A stretch of 56,802 nucleotides of DNA, the filler included, from Sphacelaria rigidula (taxonomy: Eukaryota), in assembly GCA_964200075.2 (NCBI GenBank). It is 4 parts of 4 records of this genome, joined end to end, with 100 filler letters (N's around TTAATTAATTAA, not from the genome) between each part and the next. Parts side by side here need not be neighbours in the genome. Positions count along the whole stretch, not along the records: positions 1 to 14,127 come from CAXNAA020002444.1; 3 more parts are not named here. The stretch is one strand, 5' to 3'. Position numbers and translations under genes: made by a program. The notes beneath the pieces were generated by a model. That model was not told where the DNA came from. It ran no database searches and saw only the letters and a list, made by a program, of their open reading frames with translations. This document shows, in pieces, positions 1 through 10,283 of the stretch. Every line of letters begins with the position of its first letter. Within the stretch, counting starts at the first letter, position 1.

Positions 1-1013
1 TGGTCATCATCCAGGATCCACTATATACTCAACCGTGACGGCGTGATTTCGCCACAAAGCGCACCGCGAGTGTGTTGGATCATCTGACGCGCCTATGAGC
101 CCATGTTTTCGTGGAATCAAGCACACCCCTCCCCGCCTCTATCGTAGCATGACTCACCGAAGGAAATGATACATCACGGGAGCAGCTGCAGATGATCGTT
201 TTTTTCCCGGACTTATGACATTATCTTGTCTTTGTGAAATTTCAAATCCCCATAACTTCCTCTTTTTCTCTATTTTTCTTTGCTGCTCTCGTCAAAAATT
301 GCATGTCGACCATAATAAGCTGCGTCAAAGTTTCAGCGCCCAATTCCTCATTTTACGCTGTACGTCGTCTCAGCGAGAAAAGTACCCAATGTTATGGGTA
401 GGAATGGGGGCCCTAACGACCAAAAATCGGCACAATATTTAAAATAAGAAATAACGCGGAGGAATAATGAACACGTCAGTTGGTGGTCGGACCTGTGCCG
501 AGGCCCTCACGAACAGAACACGCACTTCATCACTTATTCAGTTGGTGTAGTATGGGAAAGCTGTAGCACTGGAGATCGCGCGGTTCTCGACACAGAAAGC
601 AAGCCGGTCCACGGCACTTGACAGCCCCCCGCATACACACAAGATCTAGGGGCTTACGTTTGGTATTTTGCTGGCGTCGCGTCAGCGTCACAAAACTCCC
701 CTCCCAGAGCAGAAAACACCTTATTTTAGTATATATATTTAGGTCATTTACGAGTCAGCATCACGCGCAAATGCAAAAACCAAACGTAGCGACACAGCTT
801 GGGTGTGTGGGAAGCGCACGCAAGAAACCGCAGTCCAATCTCTCGCTTCGTTGCCGAGTTGTAAGCGGTGCGCGATCGGCACTTTCGGGTTGAGGATCAG
901 TAGCATCTTTCGAGGTTGAAGATGGCAAATAAAAACAAATCGGTGCGCATACTACTTTTCCTCCTGCAAGCAAGTTGTGACAACATGCACTTGGGTTGCG
1001 TGCCCCCAGGCGC

Positions 1014-1492
1014 TGCTTTGTTCTGAGCGGCTGTGCACAAAGGGCAAATTCGCCTTTCAACGGCGAGTATCTTTTGAAGCATCGAATTACAGAGGGAGAG
1101 TTGACATAAGAAGGACAAAGCTGGCGGCTGCTTCATGTCAGGGCCCCAGTGCAGAAGCCAAGGCGTTGAGAGTGATTTTAGTACGAGTATGTGCGTTACA
1201 TCTGCTGGTGACCGCGGTCATGTATTTAGTAACCGTCTGTATATACTACTATATTATTAGTATCAGAATGAGATGCAAACCATGCAATGTTTGAGAAGCT
1301 TCGTTTTTCTCTTTGTGGCATGCCACCAAGTGCTGCTGCTTTGTTCTGTACGGCTGTGCACGAAGGGCAACTTCGCCTTTCAACAGCGAGTAACCTTCAT
1401 GTATTGGGTTGCAGAGAGTGAGGTCACACATGAACTTCGGCTGTTGTGTCTGAGGGTTTCAGCAGAGAAGCCAAGGCGCAAAGAGTGATTTT
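1014..1492. repeat. Degenerate direct duplication (offset about 320 bp)
   Basis: tgctttgttctgagcggctgtgcacaaagggcaaattcgcctttcaacggcgagta (1014) versus tgctttgttctgtacggctgtgcacgaagggcaacttcgcctttcaacagcgagta (1337); both are followed by agaagccaaggcg..gagtgatttt. Confidence 0.8.
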
Positions 1493-1574
1493 GATTTCAG
1501 ACTGCGCACCATGTGTGCCTAGGTCGGCAGGGCCACGATGTTTCAAGTGACTGCCTGTACACATATTCGTACAT

Positions 1575-1880
1575 ACTGTACTGAAAATAGCGAGAAAATA
1601 ACAGTATAAAGATGTCGATCTGGACAGAGAGAACAGGACCGTGCCCAAGCGACTGACAAGATGGGATTCCTTCCACTCATGCCATGACCCTAACCCCATG
1701 GAGCCCATGAGAAATTCACTCTTCAACCCCGCAGTCATAGCCGTGTGTAGGACATGCAGTGCGTAGCCAATCCGCACAGCATGAACCTCTTGATCGCCAA
1801 CATCATCAGCATCGTGCTCAGTAGCTTTCTGATGCGCGACGATGCTGCTCATGACCTCTAAATTTCCGTACTTTCTCGTT
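1575..1880 (-). CDS. Possible internal exon of an unidentified gene
   Basis: Open, protein-like frame (RKYGNLEVMSSIVAHQKATEHDADD...GSWHEWKESHLVSRLG) after a possible ctag acceptor. No recognisable domain; boundaries approximate. Confidence 0.25.
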
Positions 1881-2395
1881 CTAGCACCATGTCAGGCACG
1901 TGTTTCACTGCAGTTACGTTGGTGTGTAGCGGCCACAACAGCTGCTGTTCGTGCTCTTTTTTTGCTATCTCGCAATGACGGTACACGTGGGGTGGCACCT
2001 CGCAGGCGTGTGCTTCCCGACTGGTACAGACAGAGGAAGGACACTATTAGCTTGTGCAACAAGATTGTGCATCTACTTTTGTGGAGCGAGCTTTCCGGAG
2101 GAACAAAATCACCTCAACACCGACCACTCCCAGGCTTGAATAAATGTACTAGAAATATAGTTCAACTTTTTTAGCCAAATCGTCATTTGTAGGTGACGCG
2201 TGTATTTTCCATTGATATGATTCGTTAGATCACGGACTACTTCTGACGCATGTGGCGTTCAGCTTGCACTTTCCATGAATATAGTACCCCAAATCGACCT
2301 CCATTCCTACTCATGACTGTTGGCTGGTCCAGCTCGTACATGCACTTCTAACTGTTGCAGCATGTCCCCTGAAATTTGTATAGCATACCATGCAT

Positions 2396-2504
2396 AACAA
2401 TATTTTCGTGAGATTGAGAGTAGAGGATACGATTGAGAGTAAAAAACGGTCAATTAGCGAATGAATCATTTCAGTTCCGAAATGCCCCTTCACGAGGCCC
2501 AATA
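2396..2504 (-). repeat. Interspersed repeat fragment shared with 39745-39852
   Basis: Reverse complement gggcctcgtgaaggggcatttcggaactgaaa...tctactctcaatctcacgaaaatattgtt matches gggtctcgtggaggggcatctcggactgaaa...tctactctcaatctcacgaaaacattgtt. Confidence 0.75.
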
Positions 2505-2764
2505 TGCTTTCTGTAGTAGCATGCCACTGAGACCCTTGAACTCCCTGAGTAGGATATCGACCTGTAGCTGTAAGCACACGCAAGTGATCCATACAAAAAA
2601 AAGCAGGCACGGAACGGAAAATTGGCTGAGTAAAAGCGTATGGTCAAAGCCACTCTCAATCAGCGCTCTACTCCTAATCTCAGGAAACCATTGTTACATA
2701 CGCCCTCAATAAAAATCAAGGCAAAAAAGAACCATGTACATGTTACACGCAACACATGTGGTTA

Positions 2765-3237
2765 TGTAATGGGGTTATGCCGGGTGTATGGTGAACACGC
2801 CTTACTTGCAAGGCAGGAGGACCAGACAAAAGGTCTTACACACCAGCTGAGAGGCAAAGAACAGTTCTACAGCGTACGACGCTGATGTTCTGTGTCCTAG
2901 GTATCAAGTCAGTTCCACGCGCAGGTTATGATGGTGTCACTTCTTGATTGTTTAGTTACTTAATCTCCCAATTACTTCTCAGTGCTCAACCTCTCTCTCT
3001 CTCAGGCAGTCAGTCTCACCGGAGATGTGAGAGTTTCTTTGTCGGGATGAAGCGGTGTGCTCACCAAGGGTGATCTCACGACTATTATTCTTCGCTATAT
3101 ACGAGTTCATATTCGTATCTGACCAACTCTGAACAGACCTGCAATCTTGAATAACTCCTGAAATACCATATCATCTAGCTAGACCAGTCAACGGGTCTGA
3201 GGCGGCATCATAGAGGCTAATATGCTTCCTCATGACA
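2765..3237 (-). repeat. 3' LTR (473 bp)
   Basis: tgtaatggggttatgcc...gcttcctcatgaca; aligns to 12889-13344 with about 25 substitutions (hand count) and indels of 13, 5 and 1 bp. Confidence 0.97.
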
Positions 3238-3252
3238 GTAACCCACCCAGAC
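3238..3252 (-). promoter_or_regulatory. Putative polypurine tract
   Basis: Minus strand reads ctgggtgggttac immediately before the 3' LTR; short and imperfect. Confidence 0.4.
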
Positions 3253-3884
3253 GAACCTTTATTACAGCTGCAAGGATTTTCCCTCAAAAGCAGCGAAAAA
3301 TATGGTTTTCCTTTACTCGTCAAGTCATGAGCGGCTATAGAGGCACACCAAAGGAAACACTCCCGTACCCACACTCCCACACCAAAAAAATTAAGGAAAG
3401 CATATACTTCTTCGAGGAGCAGAAAAACTGCTTCGAAACGCTGGAGCCCAAACTGCTTTTTCGTGCTAGCGATCAACGAAGAAGCACAGACTGCTTCGGC
3501 GTCCTAGCAAAACGAAGGGGAGAACCCGGGAGGTACAACAGGGAGCAGAGCGTCTACCTGGCGGAATCCAAAGAAAAACGGCAAGATCAGTGGCGGCCGA
3601 CGCGTGTTGGTTGGAAGCAAGGGAATCAAAGTCTGAAATCGATTACCCAGCCTCATCGAGCGTCAGCCAAAAAGAAAGTGGAGTACTGGAGCTTCAGTAG
3701 TCGTGTAGATGGTTCGCGGCTCCTAGTAGCCCAGTATTCGTAGATAGTTGGTGGCTCCTAGTAGTGTCCGATCGTAGTCCGATGTAAGTAGTCCTGTTGT
3801 GTATGTCGTAGAGTCGGGCCCTAGCAAAGAAGACAGGGAAAAATACTAACGAAGGGAAGAAAGGTTGCTGTGAAGGGGCGTGGT

Positions 3885-4598
3885 TCAAAGCGGTGGGTGG
3901 ACGTCGTGGGTGTGGTCGATGTTGCGCTGGATACCACGGCGAGGTCCTTTTGACTTGAGTCGCTGAAGACACCAGGATCCGCGTGGGGCAGATGGGCTGA
4001 TGGTGTACCGTGCTGGCCGAAGCTTGAGCTGGATGGGTCCAGGGTCATCGATGAAGCGCACGATATACGTGTCGGCAGAAACCAGGTCAGCTGAGTGGGT
4101 CTGACCCAACCACCAGAGGTTGTCGCTACCTTTGAACCAAAGGTAGCTGCCCTTGAGTAGTATTCGCTGGTTTGCGAAGAACTTCGCCTTACAAGTCTTG
4201 GTGGGTACAAGTTCGTAGCCATGGGCGACAAAGCGTAGTCCTTGATCGCGGTGAAGTTCGCGGGCTGCTGCACCACGACGTATGTTGCGATATTTCTTGT
4301 TGTGAGCAAGATGCTGGTGTTGGGGTTGTGCTCAGTACAGGAGAGATGCACGGCGGTGCAATTGAAGGTCGGATTCGCGTTCCCAAGACGCTCTCCGGAG
4401 ACCTTGCCAGTGTGTCTTATACATGACAGCAATTTTGCCACCTCGACCACGAGTGATCTGGTGGCCGGAGATGGTGAACACGGTCAGGCGGAGGGGCTGT
4501 TCCGTCACGTCGTCCGTGGTAACATGATAGGGCGTGGACTTGGTCGAGTAGCTGTTGAGAACATACTGAGTGAGTCCGGCAGGCAAGTACTTGGGCAT
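3885..4598 (-). pseudogene. Integrase C-terminal extension: chromodomain (about 4364-4490) followed by a PWWP/Tudor-like motif (about 4030-4160)
   Basis: ORFs 4332..4598 and 3885..4109 share a frame, separated by one TGA at 4332-4334. Translation includes ISGHQITRGRGGKIAVMYKTHWQGLRRASWERESDL and LLKGSYLWFKGSDNLWWLGQTHSADLVSADTYIVRFIDDPGP. Confidence 0.75.
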
Positions 4599-4631
4599 GT
4601 CGCTAGTATCATGCGGGTTCCTGCAGGGTTT

Positions 4632-5808
4632 TCATCTGTGCACGGAGACGCGGGGTTCTGTGTCCGTGCCCTGGAGGTCGCGAGGTAGGTCGAGATAGAG
4701 CAGTTTGTCATCAACGCGTTTATCATCCGGTGATGATGGCGATGGTCCGACTGTCAGAATCTGGAATGGCCCTGTCCAATTGAGGGACAATCTTGTCTTT
4801 AAATGTTTTCGTTGGCAGCCTTGCTGGTGCCTTGGCGAATGGTCGACATACTGTTCAGTTGTAGATCCAAACTCAATCACCAACTTTCCAGTTGGGGTGT
4901 TTGTGCATGAGGTTGTAGAGAGCAGTGTTAGATCCCTCAAGGCGCGAGGCGTTGATAGCATGATGTTCGCGCACGAGGGTAAACACTTTGCGTTGTCGTG
5001 AATTTATCAGCTCGTGATAAGATATTTGATCCTGATCCGATCCTTGGTGGCCATCGAACGTGTGTCGCTCAAACACGGTGATGGGCAGCCGAGGGTAGCG
5101 TCCAAGATAGAGTTCGTTCGGAGAAAGGCCTGTGGCGGCGTTACCCGAGTTATTGTAGGACAACATGATGTGCGAGAGGTGTAGGTCCCAGTCATTTTTG
5201 CGGCCATTGACAGCCATAGAGAGCATCTGAGCCATGGTGTGATGAACTCTTCCGGTACCACCGTTACCATTAGGGTGGTAGGTGCTCAAGGCAATTTTGC
5301 GGATGTCCAGGAGCTTGTAAAGCTCATCAGAGGGATCTGCGCAAAATTGCTGTCTGAAAGGAGTCGTTTCGGGCAACCGTAGTGCTTAGTGTAGTCGTGG
5401 ACCAATATATCGGCCGTTCTGGCGGCAGTGAAATCCGCAGCGCTTACCACGTACATGGACGCATGGCGACTGAAATGGTCCGTGAAGAGTAAGATGTAGG
5501 TGCCACGACCTGTGGTCGGTAGATGGCCGAAGTAGTCAAAAGACACAAGGTGGCCCGGAGCGTTGGGGAGTCCTATAGAGATGGCGGGCCAGCGTACTGT
5601 CTGTCGTGAAGTTTTTCGAGTTTGGCATTTGAAGCATCGCTGAATTCAGAAGCGGGTGAACATTTCCATGCCAACCCACCAGTAGAAGCGTTCCAGGAGC
5701 GCCTAAGGTACGAGTAACGCCAAGGTGACATGACAAGTCCGTGTGGCAGCCTTTCATGATCCAGGGACGCATGAATAGTGGGGGCATATATGCGCGTTGG
5801 TTCGTCAT
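4632..5808 (-). pseudogene. Retrotransposon integrase (zinc finger, core, GPY/F), frameshifted
   Basis: CHTDLSCHLGVTRT, SFDYFGHLP, FTDHFSR, RLLSD, YHPNGNGGTGRVH (catalytic E replaced by G) and LSLNWTGPFQI, spread over several frames. Confidence 0.93.
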
Positions 5809-6549
5809 CGAGTAGTCGTGCGTGACGTCCCGTTGTTGCGACGGAAATTGCGCCTGTCAAGGGCGTGGGGCGACGCACGGGTACTTGTACGCCTTCATCC
5901 GTAGTAAAAATGGCGCCTTTACGCACGAGTTCGTATACGTCAGAGATATCTGGGGGTGGCAGTGTGCCAGCCGGGACCAGAATGGCGGATGGAAAAGGGA
6001 CTGGGCAGTCAAGCTGTAAGTACCGGATAGCTGCGCGACATAAAGATTCCGCATTCTGTTCGCGGGCCCAATCTCGGTGAGAGTAGCTGGCGAGAAACTC
6101 GCGTAGTTGACCTTCCGCTGGACAGCTGACCAAACATGGTGGGGTTGACAGCGGGGGAATAGGCGACGGGGCAGAGATGCCGACGTCGATATCTGCCCCG
6201 GGAGCAGGAACTGAATCCCCGGCTCGATGCTCGGGAGTGGTGGTTGTAGGCGGCGCTGCTGTGGGCGGCGGGGTTGTAGCAGTGCGCGGCAGAGATTTTT
6301 CGCGGCACGTGGTGGATTTTGCAGTATTTTTCGCGGAGTGTTGCGTACTGGTCCGTTGGACCAGCGCTGCGTGGCACGTGGGGTTTGTAGCTGTTATCGA
6401 TGGCGGCGAGGCACTCGGGGGCGTGGTGCGGGCGGCAGACCTGGAGCGCGTGTTATCAGAGGTAAGGTGGATGACCGAAGGTGTTTCCGTGAAAAGCTTC
6501 GCGCGAGTACCAAAAGCGCGGAAATCGGTAAATTCGGAGGTAGTGGGTT

Positions 6550-7275
6550 TTAACCCACCCAAAACGGCGTCATATGGTAAAGGGCGAAGACCGCCCATGT
6601 GCATACCAGTCTCTGGACACTGTAGGACAAGGGCATGAACGGGCGCTGAAAACGTCTCATAGGGTAAATCCCAGGTTCATCGGGTTCCGTTAAGCGGCAA
6701 GCCGGGATGAACTCTGCGGCCGTAGGCGGCAGGGGTAATCTCGAGAGAAGGTCAGCGTTTCCGTTGGTTTTGCCTGGACGGTGCTTCATGGTATACTGAT
6801 ACGCTGTTAAAAATTGTTCCAACCATCGTTGTACACGCGGGTTGTGTTCGCCAAACTTGGCGAGTTGTTCGAGTGCCCCATGATCCGTGTAAACCTCAAA
6901 TGGCACGTGAAACAGATATTGTCGGAGGCGCCTAATGGTCCAGGTGATTACTCCGCCCTCCAATTCTAGAGGGCTCCAGTTGGCCTCGTTGGGCAGGGTG
7001 GCGCGGCTGATGTAGAGGATGGGTCGAATGGAGCCGTCAACCTGTGGTTGATTCAAAACTCCTCCAAATCCGTCTGTGCTGGCGCCAGTGTGTAGTTGGA
7101 AAAGGCGAGAGCCATTTTGTACTGCCTCCCACTCGGGGAAACCGAGTACCGGTTTTTCGGTAAGCGTTTTCAGCAATTCGCGGGTGATATTTTCCACATC
7201 GATGGTGAAGGTAAACACTGCTCCTTTCTTCAGTAGCTCAGTAAGGGGACGAATCCGTTTGGATAAATTCGGCAA
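6550..7275 (-). pseudogene. RT connection and RNase H
   Basis: LHTGASTDGFGGVL (DAS motif mutated), NWSPLELE, FEVYTDHGAL, HRPGKTNGNADLLSR. Confidence 0.93.
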
Positions 7276-7279
7276 AACT

Positions 7280-7990
7280 TGCGGTAGTAGGATAGTCCAC
7301 CCAACAATGAGCGAAGTTGAGAAATGTTGGCGGGCATTGGTAAACCAGTCATCGCTTTGACTTTGTCTGTATCCGGATGTAGGCCTGCTGGCGAAATTTA
7401 ATGTTCCAAAATATCCAAGTCAGTCGCACCCAGGCGAGCTTTGGATGGAGGCAGTTTCAAGTCGTGTGTTCGTGAACGAGAGAGAAACTCCCGTAGAGTG
7501 CGGATGTGTTCGATAGGTGAGGCATCGAAAGCAATGGCGTCGTCGGGGTACATGATGATGTGTTCGAGACCCTCGGTGACGCGTTGCATTAAGCGTTGAA
7601 AGCATTCCGGGGCAGTGGCAGCGCCTTGTGGCATTCGAAGCCACTCGTAGAGCCCGGACGAGGTACAGAAGGCCGTAAGTGGGATTGTGTCAGGGTGTAT
7701 TGCATTTTGGAAAAATCCAGAAGCGAGGTCAAAGGTGCTAAATTTGTTTCCTTCGCCTTCGTCAAAGCTTCATCGACGCGGGGGATTGGAAGTTTACCAA
7801 TCACAGTGACGCGGTTCAACCGTTGGTAATTCACGGCTGTGCGTATGTTTCCATACTTTTGGGGGACGGCCACAAGTGGCGAGGCCCACGGAGAGAAGGA
7901 ATGTTATAATAATTCCGCTCCCAAAGATGCATCTAAGATGGCATTCACTTTTTTGGTGAGGATTGATTTATCCGGTATGGTCGCGACGAT
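7280..7990 (-). pseudogene. Reverse transcriptase core, frameshifted
   Basis: PYRIN, SPWASPLVAVPQKYGNIRTAVNYQRLN, MPQGAATAPECFQRLM, YPDD (YxDD box). Confidence 0.95.
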
Positions 7991-9195
7991 ATTGGCGAGA
8001 CCGCGGGTTGAAGTGTAACCTCAAAGGGCAGCGTTTTGCAGTGCCCAAGATCCGTTTTGGATCTGGAAAATCGGTCTTGGTACTGTAGCAGTACATCACT
8101 GAGTTCTTGGATGACTGCTGGTTCCCAGCCGGGCCCATGAAGGTCAAAATTGATATCACGCATGTGTGGCGGCAGTTGGTTCCACATGTGCAAGAAACTA
8201 TTCCGAGAATCTGGTGACGAGCGTTGGAGCACTTTAGCAGGAGGATCGGAAGTTGACTGGGCAGGATCCACGGTGTGGATATGGGGTGGAGTCGCAGAGG
8301 CAAGATCGAAGAAAGGTTCATCGACATAATGGACTGACTCCGTCGGAGATGGTGCGTCGGGCTCGGCAGACTCTGTTACGCACGGCTCAAGTGGAATGCG
8401 CATGAGGGGAGCGGCGGCGGTTCCTAAAATGTCGCAGGGTTCCAAGTTAGCATGTCCCGTAAGAGGGAGAAGTTGTTGTCCCGCCGAGACAAAATGTTCT
8501 GTGTCGGCTGGTGCACCAATGCGGAGTAACATTTCGGCAAAACAATGCCCCGTAAAGGTAGGCATGCCATTTCGGCGAAGTAATGCAACTTCTAAAAGTT
8601 GAGGGTCGTCGGAGAGTGTAATACCAACACTACCATTGTATCGTAGGTGGTAAGCAACTCCGGTTGCTTGACTATTCTTTTGGTATGCCAGAGCACCGTG
8701 GAGTGTACCAAAGTGTTCAAGGTTGAATACTCCACGAGACGTGGATTGTGGCGGTACTGGTGGAAGCGTGCGGTAGGTTCGTTTATTAAACCGCATATAG
8801 CTATCTCTGCCCAATAAGATAGCGTGATGCATGGTGCTGTCGGGGATAATGTATGCCCAGACGGCGAGGCTGGCAGAAGGAGTGATACTGTGAAAAAATT
8901 GCGCACTGAGACGTACGGATTTTCGTGGTGTCAGAGGTGCGGTATAATCATCGAAGCCGCCCCATACTCCAGGTTGGGTGGTGGCTTCACAAGCTGCGGT
9001 AGCAGCGCCAGTTTGTTTCATGTGTTCCCATGTTGATTGTCGAATGAACATTTGCGGGCTGCCGCTGTCCAATAGGGATACGCATTTCGTAGGCGTGGTA
9101 GCGTTTGGACCAGAGTGGATCGTGACGCGTATAGTGAAAGTGGTCGGGTCCACAGACACTTTACCGCCGATAAGATCCGGACCATGTTCCGGCAA
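7945..9195 (-). pseudogene. Aspartic protease and long PR-RT spacer
   Basis: Retropepsin motifs LLDSGS and AILLGRD; DRFSRSKTDLGHC at the start of RT. Confidence 0.9.
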
Positions 9196-10044
9196 GGTAA
9201 ATTGGTCAGGATCGGCGGGGCTGACAACAAAAACGGACGGGGGGTGATCCGCCGGTGGGTCAGATTTTTCACCAGAAAAGGTGGTGAACGGTATATGATT
9301 CCCACGTGAGGCACGGGTAAACTAACCGTTAGCGATTTCGTAAATGACCGTCTTGGGTAGACAGGGATCAACATCCAAGGTGGTCTCAGATTGTGCGTTG
9401 TTAGGGCCATCGATTGAAAGAGCAGTGGCGTCAGAGATATGTGAATTTGTTTCTTCCGGGATGCTTGATAAACCCGTCGAGCGCAAAGTCGTCGCATTCT
9501 GGAGAGATTGAGGTCGAGGTTTTCCGCTCGAAAGAGGTGTGCGTGATGATGCGCGCGCTTCCTTGGGAGCACCTTTACGGGGCTTCCTCTTTCGCCGTGA
9601 CGATGATCGGGTAACTTCCAAAACTTGTTGTGCAACACAACTGCGTCTAGTCGTGTGGATGGGGTCAGCATCGGGGCATGCTCGGGCGAAGGTTGTGGAC
9701 TTTCAGTAGACGAGCTTGGCTGAGGAGTCATGGCCGATAGTAAATTGGGACGTTTATTATTGGGATCTATCAGGGGTTTGCTCGCGTTGTGTAATGAACG
9801 CGAAGAACGAACTCTTTCGAGCTGGGTGGGTGTTACTTGGCCCGAAGTGGTCAAATTGAGACCATCGATACTTGAACCAGTCGAGTGAGATGCGCTACTG
9901 CCTACGCGTGCGGTCGCTGAGGGAAGCCTTTGTCTCAGGGACGGGCGGCTGGTGTTCCCACACCTCAGATTTACACTCAGTGATGAAGGACCAAGTCCAG
10001 AGCCGAGCGTAGAGCTAAGTCGTGAGTTCACGCACCTGTTACCG

Positions 10045-10163
10045 TGTGTGCGAGGAGGTGAAGACGGGGGTTGATCAGAGCGGCCGTCATTAGTGCTCCT
10101 ATCACGCTGTGTGCGAGGAGGTGAAGACGGGGGTCGATTTGAGCGGCCGTCAGTAGTGCTCCT
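10045..10163. repeat. Two-copy tandem repeat, 63-bp period, in the gag-pol junction
   Basis: tgtgtgcgaggaggtgaagacgggggt...gagcggccgtca.tagtgctcct at 10045 and 10108. Confidence 0.9.
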
Positions 10164-10283
10164 GCAAAATGCCGGGGAGACTGAGCGAGAATTCTTTGTC
10201 GCTAGTTTCGCGGGCTGTGATGAAAAAGTCTTCGAAAGTGCTGTCGGCGGCGCCGAAGACTTGCGGACGCCAACGTTGTCGCG

